DNA of 64,000 bases from Sporopachydermia quercuum (GCA_001599295.1 BCGN01000003.1:1054001-1118000); one strand, 5' to 3'; positions 29,873-42,963 are shown, counted from the first letter of the stretch. Numbers and translations are program-made. The notes: generated from the sequence alone by a model not told the origin.

Positions 29873-31792
29873 ATGGGAATGAAGGTAGTTGGGTTGTTTT
29901 CTGGTGGAAAAGATTCCACATTCAACATTGGCTACTGCCTGCTGAATGGCCATGAACTGATAGCATTAGCTAATCTTCATCCAGTAGAACTGGAAACTGA
30001 CGAAATTGATAGTTATATGTTTCAAACTGTGGGGCATTCGTTGATTTCTAAGTACGCCGAATGCCTCGATGTTCCAATATATAGAACTGCAATAAAAGGT
30101 AAATCAATTTGTACAGGATTAGAGTACTCTGAAACAGAATCGGATGAGACCGAAGATCTATATAGATTGTTGTCTGAGGCGAAAAGCAACCATAGAGACC
30201 TGGAAGGTGTTTCTGTTGGGGCGATTCTTTCATCTTATCAAAGAACACGAGTGGAAGACGTGTGCAAAAGACTAGGCCTTACGTGTCTTTCTTACTTATG
30301 GCAACGAGATCAAAAGGAGCTTCTAAATGAGATAATCACAAGTGGGTTAGATGTAAGGTTAGTGAAAGTGGCCGCAATTGGCTTAGGTAAAGATGATCTG
30401 GGAAAGAGTTTATCACAATTACAAACAAAGTTGCTGAAACTCAATGAAATGTATGATGTACATCCATGTGGTGAAGGTGGAGAGTTTGAGACTGTTGTAT
30501 TGGATGCCCCATTTTTCAAGAAACGACTGGAGATCATCAAATCAGACACCATAGAACATTCGACAGGTGATGTATTCTATCTCCACATTGAAGCTGAAGT
30601 GGTTGACAAACTTGGCTACTTTTTCGATGTAGAAGAGTTTAGAAACAGATTCTCTCAGCCGTCTCTTTTAGAGGAAGAATTTGAGGAAATGAAAGTTCAC
30701 TTAAAAGAATTGCAATCGGTGCCAGAAATCAGTAGTTTACAAATAGAAGAGAAAGATGATTCAAAGGTAGTTGAAATCAGAAAATCAATCACCTCGTACG
30801 GAAACAGAACGTATATCAGTAACTTGACGTCTGATAAGGGATCTATAGAGGAACAAGTCATTGATGTATTTTCTGACTTGAAAGAAGCATTGGGCACAAA
30901 AGATTTAACATTTAATAGCATATTTTCTCTCTGCTTGCTGATTGCCTCAATGGATAAGTTTCAATCCATCAATGAGATATATGCGAAATATTTCAAAGAA
31001 CCACTACCACCATCCAGAGTTTGCGTTGAAACAACGCTACCACCCAAATGTCAACTGCTATTATCGGCAGTTGCCCCAAGCAACAGTTATCGAGGACTCT
31101 TGAAACAAGGTCTCCATGTTCAGGGTCATAGCTATTGGGCTCCAGCAAATATTGGTCCTTATTCGCAAGCTATAATGGAACCTGAAGGTCTCGTTACAAT
31201 ATCTGGACAAATCGCTTTGATACCCAATAAAATGACGCTGGTTGATAGTGCAGATCTTGCATTACAAGTAGTTTTGAGTCTACAACATATGAAAAGAATC
31301 AAAGATGTTTTGTCGGTTAATGAGACTATTTATGCTGTTGCTTATACAACTACAACACAAGCGGTTGCTCTGATAGTAAAAGCCTGGAAAACCTACAGTA
31401 AAGAAGAGGAACGAACAAGGCTTATTGTAGTTGAAGTTACGGCTCTTCCAAAGAATGCAATAGTGGAATGGTCGTGTCTAGCCTTCAAACAGTCAGGTAT
31501 AATCAGTTATGATAGCGATGAAGAAGAAGAGACAGTCGAGCGACCATTAGACAGTGACAACGTCAAATACAGCGCACCATTTTCCCAGCCAAACAATTTT
31601 TCATTTATTGAAGTGAATAAACAGATCGTTTCACCGGAAAGTAAGATTTCAAAAGCTCACTGTATCCTGTTTACTAGATTGAAACATTTGAGTGATATAG
31701 TAGAATATGAAGAGGTCATTCCTGTGCAGAGAGTATGGGACTGGAATGGGAATGAGTGTACGCAAGCATCAGTATATATTGGTGAAAGCTAG
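29873..31792 (+). CDS. DPH6: Diphthine-ammonia ligase with C-terminal YjgF/RidA-like domains
   Basis: SGGKDS PP-loop, DSYMFQTVGH, GAILSSYQRTRVE, CGEGGEFET, LHVQ..SYWAPANIGPYSQ. Confidence 0.95.
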   Translation: MGMKVVGLFSGGKDSTFNIGYCLLNGHELIALANLHPVELETDEIDSYMFQTVGHSLISKYAECLDVPIYRTAIKGKSICTGLEYSETESDETEDLYRLLSEAKSNHRDLEGVSVGAILSSYQRTRVEDVCKRLGLTCLSYLWQRDQKELLNEIITSGLDVRLVKVAAIGLGKDDLGKSLSQLQTKLLKLNEMYDVHPCGEGGEFETVVLDAPFFKKRLEIIKSDTIEHSTGDVFYLHIEAEVVDKLGYFFDVEEFRNRFSQPSLLEEEFEEMKVHLKELQSVPEISSLQIEEKDDSKVVEIRKSITSYGNRTYISNLTSDKGSIEEQVIDVFSDLKEALGTKDLTFNSIFSLCLLIASMDKFQSINEIYAKYFKEPLPPSRVCVETTLPPKCQLLLSAVAPSNSYRGLLKQGLHVQGHSYWAPANIGPYSQAIMEPEGLVTISGQIALIPNKMTLVDSADLALQVVLSLQHMKRIKDVLSVNETIYAVAYTTTTQAVALIVKAWKTYSKEEERTRLIVVEVTALPKNAIVEWSCLAFKQSGIISYDSDEEEETVERPLDSDNVKYSAPFSQPNNFSFIEVNKQIVSPESKISKAHCILFTRLKHLSDIVEYEEVIPVQRVWDWNGNECTQASVYIGES

Positions 31793-32311
31793 AAATAGGG
31801 TATTAGATGATAAAAAATATAACTTGCCTGTGTATAAGTAAAACGTGAAATTAATATAGAAAAGAAGATAAATGAATTGAGATTTTTGGGAAGAGTATCG
31901 CTAAAAATTATACTATTATTTCTAACATTATATGATGTAAATACCTATTTGTATGCACGTGATGTGCACATATTAGTACTTTAGACTGTCACAACTTTGT
32001 CTTAGTAAACTTTGTACCTGTATTGCCAGAATAGGAAATAATCTTGAACTTTGAATGTTCTTCCAGGTAATGTCAAATTCAAATATGCAAGAGTGTGAAC
32101 AGACAACTCAAACATTGGGGTGGAACTCACGCACACTCAGGCAATGGACTCACATACTCTAGTCTGAAGCAAACCACAAACATCTAGCTGTATCTTTCAT
32201 ATATTGATATAATCCTTATATGAAGATAGTGTGGTTGTGAATCAAAAAGACGTTTATTGTTCATCAACGAATCAATATCGGAACACATATATATAACGCA
32301 TAATATCAGAA

Positions 32312-33296
32312 ATGAGTGTAAGTGAAAAATTAGAAAGAATGAGAATGGAAATGAAGCCAAAATAGACAGAATGAACATGTTATCCAAATAGTAGGTAGCA
32401 AGATCAACAATGAGATACACAACAGAAGCAACAGTAAACAAGTCAAAACTTTATAGACTAGTTGAGGTAATAGGAAGTTATTCGATGTTAGTGTTTTCCA
32501 ATTATCCATTATCCAGTTTCTTGTTCATCAGCAAGCAGAATGAAAGCAAATGATAGTGTGCGACAAAGCAACGAATGATTAACAATGCAACCAACCAGCA
32601 GAACGATTATTATCCATTTCAGAAGTGGTATTTGATATTTAATCTTTTAACGCAACTACAAAGTAAAATTTTAAGAGTTCGGTCTATTTTCAGGTTTCGT
32701 TTGAAATATTCTTATCAGGATTGCCTGTTCCTAAGCCATGAGCTATTGATACTAACATTATATTGCAGGCCGTTACAGCCCCCAAGTGGTACACTGCCGA
32801 AGACGCTCCAGTCCCCAAGGTCTCAAGAAAGACCAACAAGCCCCAAAAGCTTAGAGCCTCTATCCAACCTGGTGCCGTTCTCATCTTGCTTGCCGGTCGA
32901 TTCCGAGGAAAGAGAGTTGTCTACCTTAAGTCTTTGGAAGACAACACTCTTTTGGTTTCCGGACCTTTCAAGGTTAACGGAGTTCCTTTGAGAAGAGTCA
33001 ATGCTAGATACGTCATTGCCACTTCTACCAAGGTTGATGTTTCCAGTGTTGATGTTTCCAAGTTCGACGTTGCTTATTTCGCCAGAGAGAAGACCAGTAA
33101 GGCCGCTGCTGGTGAAGCTGAATTCTTTGGTGATGCTCCTGCTAAGAAGACCATCAAGGAAGAACGTGTTGCTGATCAAAAGTCAGTCGACAAAGCTCTT
33201 ATTGGTGAAATCAAGAAGACTCCTCTTTTAAAACAATACCTTGCCAGCAGCTTCAGCTTGAAGAAGGGCGACAGACCTCATTTGATGAAGTTCTAA
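32312..33296 (+). CDS. RPL6: 60S ribosomal protein L6 (eL6), 2 exons
   Basis: Exon 1 ATGAGT at 32312-32317. Intron 32318-32768 (GTAAGT / TACTAAC / CAG). Spliced product [10 protein letters not shown]...GDRPHLMKF. Confidence 0.96.
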
Positions 33297-34253
33297 GCAA
33301 TCCATGACTTAGAGCTGATATTTGTTGGTTATAGCGATTATTATATAACTTTAAGATAAGGTTGTTGGATGTATTTATATGAATCAATACTTCAAGCCCT
33401 AATTTCTATAATCAATGATACTATTAATGGAAATAATTGGAAAAAATCATTTTATTTACTTATGATCAGTTCAGTAATGTAAATTAGATTCGCACTTCCC
33501 AAAATATATTAGGTGCCTCACTGACTGTTGATGGTATGTTGGCTCTTCCGTAGGGATAATATGTTGATGAGTTTCAGACATAACAGGACGTAGTAACTAA
33601 TGCAAGGTAAATTACTGAATTCTGGTAGTTATTGAATCATCAATAGTTAATCTCCTTTTATTTTTCCTTAATTGCTTTTTTCCCACATTATCTTCAATTT
33701 ATAATCTCATTCTGATCGTAAAGAGATGAAAATTTTGGAGACTATTCGCATTAATCGTTTCCGAAGTTTCTACCGTAAACCATCTCCAGAACATCCCCTC
33801 TATTGATAGCTTCCATCTAATTATCAAAACATTCGAGCAAGTTTCAACCAAAGACAAATTCCCACCTAAGAAATCAATATGTTCTTCTTGAATATTATAG
33901 AACAACTCAATATAATCATTGCAGTTGGATTGTTTATTCCCACCTTCTTTTCTTCCCACTGTATTAGCCTATTCTTTGCTCTGTTATTTGTTTCCTTATT
34001 AATGATCACACTATCATTAATTTATCTGCATCGATGGGCATTCTCAAGCTCATATTAATAACGGAAACTATTATTACCTCATCATATCCGAAGTTCTGTC
34101 CCATCAACTAACTGTTCCTCAAACGAGCTCTCTTAGTATTTACTCCGCTCCTTGTACACAATATGCTTTCAACTCTAACAGCTGCTATTACTCTTCCCCA
34201 CCATCAAATCAACCCATTGATATCCTCACACTACTATAATACATTGCTACATA

Positions 34254-36113
34254 ATGGAAAACGAACCCGGGTTTGCTACCGAAGCCCGCAAAGTAATCGA
34301 GTTCCGTAATCAGCTTCTAGATCTCCTCGCTAGCACAAACCTACCGGAGGAATACAATCAGCTGAAAAAGAACTATGAACGTTTGGTGGTTGAAAAAAAG
34401 CTTCGTAGAGAGCTTGAGAAGGCTCAGGAGGTTAACTCTTATCGCCAGGATGGCAGGCTTGACCTAATTCGGGCTGCAGAGCGCGATAATGATAACGGAA
34501 ATAGGGAGAGATTGGAAATGGCTCTAACAGAGGAATCAGATGATTTTTCCCAGTTAAATAAACAAGAAACAGATAACAGTGACAGGAAAACGAATACTTC
34601 ACTTGTAAATAGTGAAAACAGTACATATCCAGTAATAGGGACGAATTCCTACCTAGATGTTTCTTTGGACCAGTCTGTAACCAACCAGTCTCAAATTCCA
34701 GGTGGACCTGGCAGGCCCGAGCGTAACATTAACTACGCTGAGGCTCCTAATGGAGTCCCAATTGAACTGTACCAAGCGGCAATGAATATGAATATGAATA
34801 CGAATGTAGATACGATTAACAAGGATAACCAATTAACAAGCATGGGAAGTTATGGCTTCCAGATACCAGGCTTGATACAGCAGGTGCCACAAGGAATATT
34901 TCAGCCACAAGAAATGACTGTGCCGCAGCCGTCTTTCCCAATAGGGATACAATCATCTCAGCCACAGTTTTCAAGCCAGCCTTTAGTCTCATATCCTTTT
35001 AATCTCTCGCAACAAATCCCATCGCAATCTACTAACTCATCATCAAATACAAGAAATATGCAACCGGTTCCAATTCAGGGCCAATTCCCATTACAATCAA
35101 TTGATTATCAGCAACTTCAGCAGTTTCAACAATTCCAGCAGTTCCAGCAATTACAACGACAGTTCCAACAAATGCAGCAACTACAGCAGCTACAATCATC
35201 ATCGCCGATTTCATCGCCTATGTCTACGTCAATACCAATACAGTCGCTATCATCAGTGCCTATGCCCATTGGTTCCAATATGATGCCTAGTAACAATCCT
35301 AGCTTCCCAAGCATTCCAATAAATTCAATTACATCTCTTCCTCTTCCTATATCCTCTTCAGCCAACATCCCATCAACAATGACTCATATATCTCAACCAG
35401 GACTTGACTTCGGGTCACCAGCGGATAAAAATAACTCTTCCGAACAATCTGAGAAGTATGTTCCTACTGCTATGAATAGTATCCTGAATTCGAATAGTAC
35501 GAATAATTCTAGCAGTGATTTTGAAAAGTATCTTTCAAAGAACGGCGGCTTCTATAAAGAAGTTCCATCTGAACCGAAAGGATACAAATCACAATATGAC
35601 AACAGCCATAATAACATTCGTAATCATAATCAAAATACTCACAATAACTATCATAAGGACAGAAGGAGGAACCAACGTTATGAGTCATTGAGCAAAAGAG
35701 GAGATTCACAGCAAGACCGTGAAAGAGATCGTTTCGTATATGAGAGATATGCTATGTATGGAGATGATGATGGTGCTAATAATCAGCAGAAGGAAAGTAA
35801 TAATGACAAGAGAAAAGAGAAAGAAAAGGAAAAGGAAAATGAGAAGGAAAACAACAATGAGAATGAGAAGAATAATGAGGATGCTAATGAACCACAACCT
35901 CCAAACCAATTGAATACCGCATCTGGTTCTGATACAATATTACCCCTTAGTAATATTGAAGCTATGAAGGCCAAAGTGAAGAACAGTAAGAAGAACAAGA
36001 AGCAAGGTACCATTAATGGTAATTATAGAAACTATAGTGGTAATGGAAATAACAGCAAGATCACTTATGGATTAGAGCATCAATTATATGGGGATGAAGA
36101 ACTATCATACTAG
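34254..36113 (+). CDS. Hypothetical 619-aa low-complexity protein (N-terminal coiled coil; Q/S/P-rich and N-rich disordered regions)
   Basis: Uninterrupted 1.86-kb ATG ORF in AT-rich DNA; no family recognised. Confidence 0.7.
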   Translation: MENEPGFATEARKVIEFRNQLLDLLASTNLPEEYNQLKKNYERLVVEKKLRRELEKAQEVNSYRQDGRLDLIRAAERDNDNGNRERLEMALTEESDDFSQLNKQETDNSDRKTNTSLVNSENSTYPVIGTNSYLDVSLDQSVTNQSQIPGGPGRPERNINYAEAPNGVPIELYQAAMNMNMNTNVDTINKDNQLTSMGSYGFQIPGLIQQVPQGIFQPQEMTVPQPSFPIGIQSSQPQFSSQPLVSYPFNLSQQIPSQSTNSSSNTRNMQPVPIQGQFPLQSIDYQQLQQFQQFQQFQQLQRQFQQMQQLQQLQSSSPISSPMSTSIPIQSLSSVPMPIGSNMMPSNNPSFPSIPINSITSLPLPISSSANIPSTMTHISQPGLDFGSPADKNNSSEQSEKYVPTAMNSILNSNSTNNSSSDFEKYLSKNGGFYKEVPSEPKGYKSQYDNSHNNIRNHNQNTHNNYHKDRRRNQRYESLSKRGDSQQDRERDRFVYERYAMYGDDDGANNQQKESNNDKRKEKEKEKENEKENNNENEKNNEDANEPQPPNQLNTASGSDTILPLSNIEAMKAKVKNSKKNKKQGTINGNYRNYSGNGNNSKITYGLEHQLYGDEELSY

Positions 36114-38603
36114 AGTAAAAGAGCTATAATGGTTACACTAAGAAGACGTAGAAAGATGAGAAGAACAGAAAGGAAATGAAAGAAAGGAGCCAAAGAAGAG
36201 TTTGTTGAGTTACTGATAATTTTGGCATTTGCATTTGAGCCTGGATTGAAATTTGATCATCATGACTTCTTGAATTCAACCAAGCAGCGATAGGAATTGT
36301 GCCTGAGTCAGTAGGCTGTTCGTACGAAGGAACAATGATCTCAATAATCAACAGCCAATTCTGTCGAAGATTCCGAGAAGAACGCGCAATAGAAGCATTG
36401 CTCTATGCCTGTGATGTTCTGCTGATGATAAATCTGACAACAGGGTGAGACCATTCGGTCAGAAGAAAAGTAGCATAAGAGATCCAGAGCTGTTGATGGC
36501 AAAGATGATGTGTAAATGCCTCAGAAGGACAGTTCATGCTCATATAAAATGGGCGAACCGTGATTTTATCATTTTATGCATATTAAATAATCTTACTTAC
36601 TCATAATCATCAAAAGAGAAGAGCAACTATGATAATGTATCATACTGAATAATGTGTGTTTAATTGATGAAATCAACATAATAAAAGTACTAGTAAAAAA
36701 ATTGAAAAATATACCAGCATATATTTCTGAGATTATCAATAATATAAATCCCCTTGATTGTCCATTTTAAACCAAATGAATAAATGTCTTTGCCATTCAC
36801 CTCTAAGATGAAAACTTTTACTATGAACCTAGAAAACTTGGATATGAGCTAAAAATTTATAGCAAAACTAAAGCATAAAAGAATTCGACTTATTGAGAGA
36901 TGTACAGTAATTCTTCCACGAACTGCCATGACTATTTGTTAGATTTACATTTTGAATAATAGATGAATTGTATCAAATAGTTTGAAACACGAACGATCTA
37001 TTAAATAATGAGATATGCATTAATGGCAAGAAGATACGAATATCATAAGAACATATGATTGGTAGTATAAGCTAGCATTATATCTGTTGACTGTTTCGTG
37101 CTACTTGTACCACCAAGATAAAGGAAGAGATTACATTTATATATTTACATTAGTATTTATTAGTTCTATCTATATTTCCATCATTCTAGTCAGATATTTG
37201 TTGGCAAATATTTACAATGCAATGCTATTTATTACAGACTCAGGATCTCCCATGCCATTCAACACCACAAGGAAAAGCCAAGAAAAGAATAGACAGCCAC
37301 ATCAATGTCAATCGAGCTTGCTCATCAGGATGATTGTATCAGAGAAAATTCTAGTGATAGACTGCCGCTGTCAAGGCAAAAATTGAGCTAATGCCTAGGA
37401 TAGATAGATGCAGTAGATAATACATTGTTCTAGTACTTTTTGGTGATATTTCATAGCAGACAATAGCAGCTGGTAACAGTTGGTAACAGCTAATAACAAT
37501 TGTCAAATCCGATGCTATTTTATACTATTCTATGCTATTTTTTCATCTAAAATCATTATTGTTGTTGATGACCAGCATTGCCATATTGTAAGAACCATTG
37601 CAATTATATCAGCCAATTATCGACATCAATTTTAACTATTTTTTTAGCTGATAAATGACTGGAGAGTGACTGTTTACATGCTTGGTTGAAAGACAACAAT
37701 TAATCAGACAGTAATNTCCTCGATCCATAATATATACTAGCAAACAATGCATACAATTCACATAAACATAGTAATGAGTTGATTTCATCAAATGTTTGCC
37801 TGTCAACTTGACTCCTTCTCAAGCATTAATAGTTTACCAGTAAACTAGTCATTTGAGCATCAGAACCAGCGTCGAGTTGCCTGAAGTATGCTAGTTCGAA
37901 GGCATAATATATGATTGAATGGCATGGAATTTAAATTTTAGATGTAAGTCAATTGATGGAGAAGCATTTCTTCTTTTCTCGTTCTCCATTTTACCAGAGG
38001 ATCAACACGAGATATTGATTTACTTCAAATCAACACCCTGTTATACGATCAATAGGCTTATACATCATCATCAACCAACTTAGCATCAATCGGGATACCC
38101 AACTGACATCTCCATTGAAAAAAAAAAGGAAACGCAGGTCTAGAAAATTAGCCGATGATATTGCAGTTCTTTCTTCCGATGGACACCTTCCTAGATCTTT
38201 CATTAGCCGTTCCGTATTGAAAACCGATTCAGAAGCTGAACCAGAAGCTTACTGTTTGGCATTGAATTTATTACTTGAATTCAGTGTTTCTGACCAAAAG
38301 CGATATGGTGTACAACAGTAAAGGCATTGGAAATCAAGGCCGATGGATATGAGATTACTGCCACGGAAACTGGTTTATCACTTTTAGTGATAGAAATTCA
38401 TCACTGATTTGAAAGTAATGAGATTGAAGTATCAACGATAGGTATTACAGCGGAAGCAGGCCAAAAAGCAAGCAAATTTGTCGCTGGTTCAAGACTAAGC
38501 AGCATGAATAGCCGCAATACTTTGGATTCTTCCTTTCCAGGAGATTGCGTCAACGCAAATCAGCGCAAATGGGAAGAAAAAGAGAAAAGNAGCGCCGATT
38601 GAA

Positions 38604-38628
38604 CCTAATTCGGATATTCCTAATAAGG
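38604..38628. promoter_or_regulatory. Two adjacent Mcm1/CArG-like boxes
   Basis: CCTAATTCGG at 38604-38613 and CCTAATAAGG at 38619-38628 (in TTCCTAATAAGGAAA). Confidence 0.35.
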
Positions 38629-38912
38629 AAAGTCTCCGCAAGCTTCCGCAAGCCTCAATTCGCTATACTTCGCCGTAATTCCCATCAACAACGTGATCAC
38701 AATTGATTGGCCCGAAATGCTCAACACGTAAACAGCTTTTTCAGTAATTCAAAAGATAACTCAATCTAATGGTCTAAAGGCCTCTCAAACTGAACACTAA
38801 CATAATACTGCTGTTGGTGATTGTTGATCAATAAATGCCATGGTAGGAATAATGGCCCTTTGCTGAATTTGAACCAGCTCAACAAACTGCTTACCCCAAT
38901 TACTATAATCTC

Positions 38913-41900
38913 CTAATGTAAAAACTTCTTAAACATGTTTCTTTTCTTCTCTTTTTTAACTGACTTGTTCAGATTCCCACTAGTTTGAACTGGCATTGTT
39001 GTTGATCTACTGATAGGCTTCAGATCACTACCACTAGCATTGGTCTCCTTTATTGGTGTTATGCTTGATGGCGATACTGAAAGACTGCTATCAACTACAC
39101 CAGGTCTCTGAGTAAGAGAATGAGTGACAAAAAGCTCCTTTGGAGCTTCTGAGGGCAAATTAGCATTCTTGAAATCAAATTGACTCCGAAAGGGTAATGT
39201 ATCGTAAGGATGAGTTAAAAATCCAACGTCATTGACGAATTTGGACCCATTGGTGATAATAGCAGTACTGCCAATGCAAATATCCTTTTCAAATTCTTCA
39301 CTGAGCTCATAAACACTGCGAATCTCTGAGTAGGTCATCCCACCAGCAATAAATATAAATATTCTTTGTTGCTGGTTAACTCTCACTGCANTTTTACCCC
39401 AAGCTGCTCTTTGCCGTTGGGTTTTCAATGATTTGTTCCCAGAATTCATGGCTGAGTTGCCTCCAGCGCTATCACCATTGTCTTCGTTTTCTTCAATCAA
39501 AGGTCGGTCACGAATGTATGGGAACAAGGATTCTTTCAGTTTATTGGTCAATAAACTGGTTAAGCTTGTTTTGATAGCTGGTGAGAATCTAGCTACGGTA
39601 TAAGAATCGTTTAATACACCATGAAGGAAATTCCCATATGTATTACTTGTTTTCACGTTCTGCTTAGTGATTTCCTTACCGAGAAGATTGAAGTTATACA
39701 CAGCCTCCATTATCGAGTTAAAGTTATTGATACTAGCTGTTATTCTATTAGAATCACCACCAGATGTATCAATGCAGTGTTTTAACAGCTTCTCGAAATC
39801 CTCACGAATGAGCCCTTTCCTATAAAGAGCATAAATAATCATCAGTCTTGATTTATCGTCTAAATTGCTGTTGTTATTAGCCAAGACTTGAATCAATTCA
39901 TCAGCCAGATTCTTGACTCGTGATCCATTAGAATCGACTCCCTGAGCTATGCATAACTGTTCAACTTCTGCTAGATCCAGTAGTTTATTCATGCTTAGCT
40001 GTTTATTGCAGAAATCAATAAGATTGACATGCAAAGCAGCATTTCCCAAGCTTTGTTCGAACGATTTAATGTGAATAGCAGCATGAGACACGTCTTCTAC
40101 TTTATTTGACTGAATTCGTTTATCCATTTTCTCTTTCTCCTGAGAAACTTGCTTGATAAATTTACCGGCTTCTTCTCCCGCTTCTCCAATGTTCAAATGA
40201 CGAATTTCTTTCCAATACTTGTCGCTGTCTTGTAAAGAACCCGATCTTGCTACTACGGTACCACTTTCATTCTCGGCTCTGTAATGGAAGGTATTTGGTG
40301 TTTTGGCATTAGGATTGCTTAGTTCTTCACACACATCGTAAGCTAATGCTTGATAGGTGAATTCATGAAGTAAAGGAGCAAATAAATCAATAGATCTATC
40401 AGCTATGATAAAAACCGACCTTGGACGATTGGATTCTGGGGGGAAGTTTGAATTTTCTCTTGCGTAGTTGTCAAGACGTTCTTGGAACGTTTCAGCAATA
40501 ACTTTTGATAGAACTGCTGCTTGGAAATTTGGGATTTCTGGCGAAAAGTATCGAATAATGGGATACTCACCTGTCGTTGCACATATTGATACCATACTAT
40601 CAGCAATTTGGTTGATATACGACCGTAGAAATGATCCGCATGTTTTGTTGTAGAACACTTGGAAAGCAGTAGGCAGATCAAGGGTGAAAACTTTTGATTC
40701 CAAGGATTTGAAGGCAAGATAGAGTGTTTTATANGATTGGAGTTTCCCTGATGGTTTTAACGCAAGGATTAATTTGGATTCCAGATCCGATGTGATTCCA
40801 GGTAAAAGGAAGACAATAGCTGAGCGATAGCGGGAAGGATTTATGGAGAAATCTGCTATTAGACAAGCGATAGAAAATCTGCTTGGGTTGAGGATATAAA
40901 TGCCAATGAAACCCCGCGATTTCCGAGGTTCTTTGATTTTTTCAACAGCTAATTGTGGGTTAGTATGGTGTAATATACTATTAAAGAGTGAATTGTAGGG
41001 GTCCAATGTTTATACGACAAAGTAGACAAAGTAGTATAAATGACAGGAAAGTGATAGTTAATGTGAATGGAAATGCTAGTGAAGTTGTAGATATGAGGGA
41101 GTTTGATGTGTTCATTGCTTGAGGAGAACCAAAAGTACTTGAGGTACCTGAAATGTGTGTAGGAATTTATGATTATGTTTGACCATACGTATTGCTTTTT
41201 GAACCAAGCATTCTCCATAACGACACATTTGCTTGAACCAGAAGATGTTTTACTTTGTTGTTGTTGATGTTGTTGATGTTGTAGCCGACTGTAAGAATAG
41301 TAGCATTGTACCGCTGGATATAACACACTGTATAGCAGTTACTATAAAGTACCAGAACATTCAATGAAGATTCTTACTGGATACTGCAAACTATGGTCAA
41401 TCATGGCCAATCAACCACCGTACAACACATAGAATACCATAAATAAATACCATAACATAAGCAACAACACCAATACTGATAAGCAACAAATGCAACTCTC
41501 TGCTGGTCAATTTGTTGAAATCATCATTACTTCTAACATCAAAAGATGATACTGCCAATCTCCCTAATACATTAAATAATTATAATCCACCATTAATTGG
41601 GTGAGAGATTCAATAGCTTGTCCAACTGACCCTGTTATAATATGATTCAATTCAATAGATATTATATAACCACCAAGTAACGGTTTATTGTATTACCATA
41701 TACAGAATTTATTANTATCCCATATACCAAACTTCAATCAACACACTTCACACTTGTTGTCCTCATTCAATTCAATTCAATCGCTCTTCACTTACCAACA
41801 AAATGTCTCAGTAGTTCTTTTGATTCAAAACAACTATAAAGAAATTCTTCAGTTGAATCGTCCAATATTAAACACTGTTATTATAATGTTAGTACGTATG

Positions 41901-42963
41901 AAAGCAATGAAGCATCAATGATAAATAAAGGATGGTAAGAGGAAAAAATGTTGAGCATAGAGTGCTGAATATTATTATGATTCATTGAACAATTATGAGT
42001 ATCGATTTATAACTGTTCATAGTCAATACGATACAATTGTGATTACAATTGATAATAGCAGCTTGTAAATGAAAGCCATCAGTAATACTCTAGTATGCTA
42101 ATAGAATAGCATACCGTTTGTTCATATTGATTCATTGTCATAATACACAGCATAATAAGTGAATACCCGGAAACTGTTTTCTCATTCAACAGAATTATAC
42201 TATGATAATTGAACTAAAGTGGATCAATAAAGTGTAATCAAAAGATTAAATCACCCAGGTTTCTGAGTTCATGAATTTGTAGCTTTCTTGATTTCCATTC
42301 CGGTTTATTCCTCACTACTGTTGTTGCTCATATCACCAATAGTAGCACTGATGTTATCAGCAGAGGCAATGGCATCAAGACTAATAGTATTTCTATCAAT
42401 ACTATCAACCAGGCCAGAAATACTAGAACTACTAATACTTGATCATCTATTTTATCTCATCCTCTGGTAAATCATTATCTTAAACATGGCCATAAAACGT
42501 TCCATTCAATGCATTTCTTTCTCTCTTGTTCGCTAACTCCTCATTCCAAACATTAAAACACTTACTTGATCGGGTGGTAAACTGGTTATGAGGTCTTGAA
42601 GATCTAATGTAAACTGTTAATACAATGTGCATTCAGGTAATGACCACATCATGGTATCAATCACATCAGACAGCGCCGGATAAAATATGTCACACAGAGG
42701 ATAGAGCTGACGGCTATCAACAAGCAAACTAAACAATTAATCGACAAACATATTAACAGCAGTCAAATACTCCCGTAATTGCTACAACTTGTTGTACAGC
42801 TTCCAATTGATTCCATCAGCGCATTTGATGAATTCAGAAGTCATTTATTCTCATTCCACGCCCTACCATGCCAAGCCATCTAATACCACTACTTCATTCA
42901 CCGCAACCGTGATAGCAATCTGCACTTACATTTCTTCTGACAACCTAGTAAATCGAAAGACAT
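38913..42963 (-). CDS. SEC1: SM-family exocytosis protein Sec1, 4 exons, about 728 aa
   Basis: Exons 42963-42930, 42603-42566, 41874-41796, 40948-38913. All donors are GTAAGT; branches TATTAAC/TACTAAC; phases 1, 0, 1. Spliced N-terminus MSFDLLGCQKKYLQDLITSLPPDQCLILDD...FVAVEKI. SM motifs DRSIDLFAPLLHEFTYQA and GGMTYSEIR. Confidence 0.9.
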
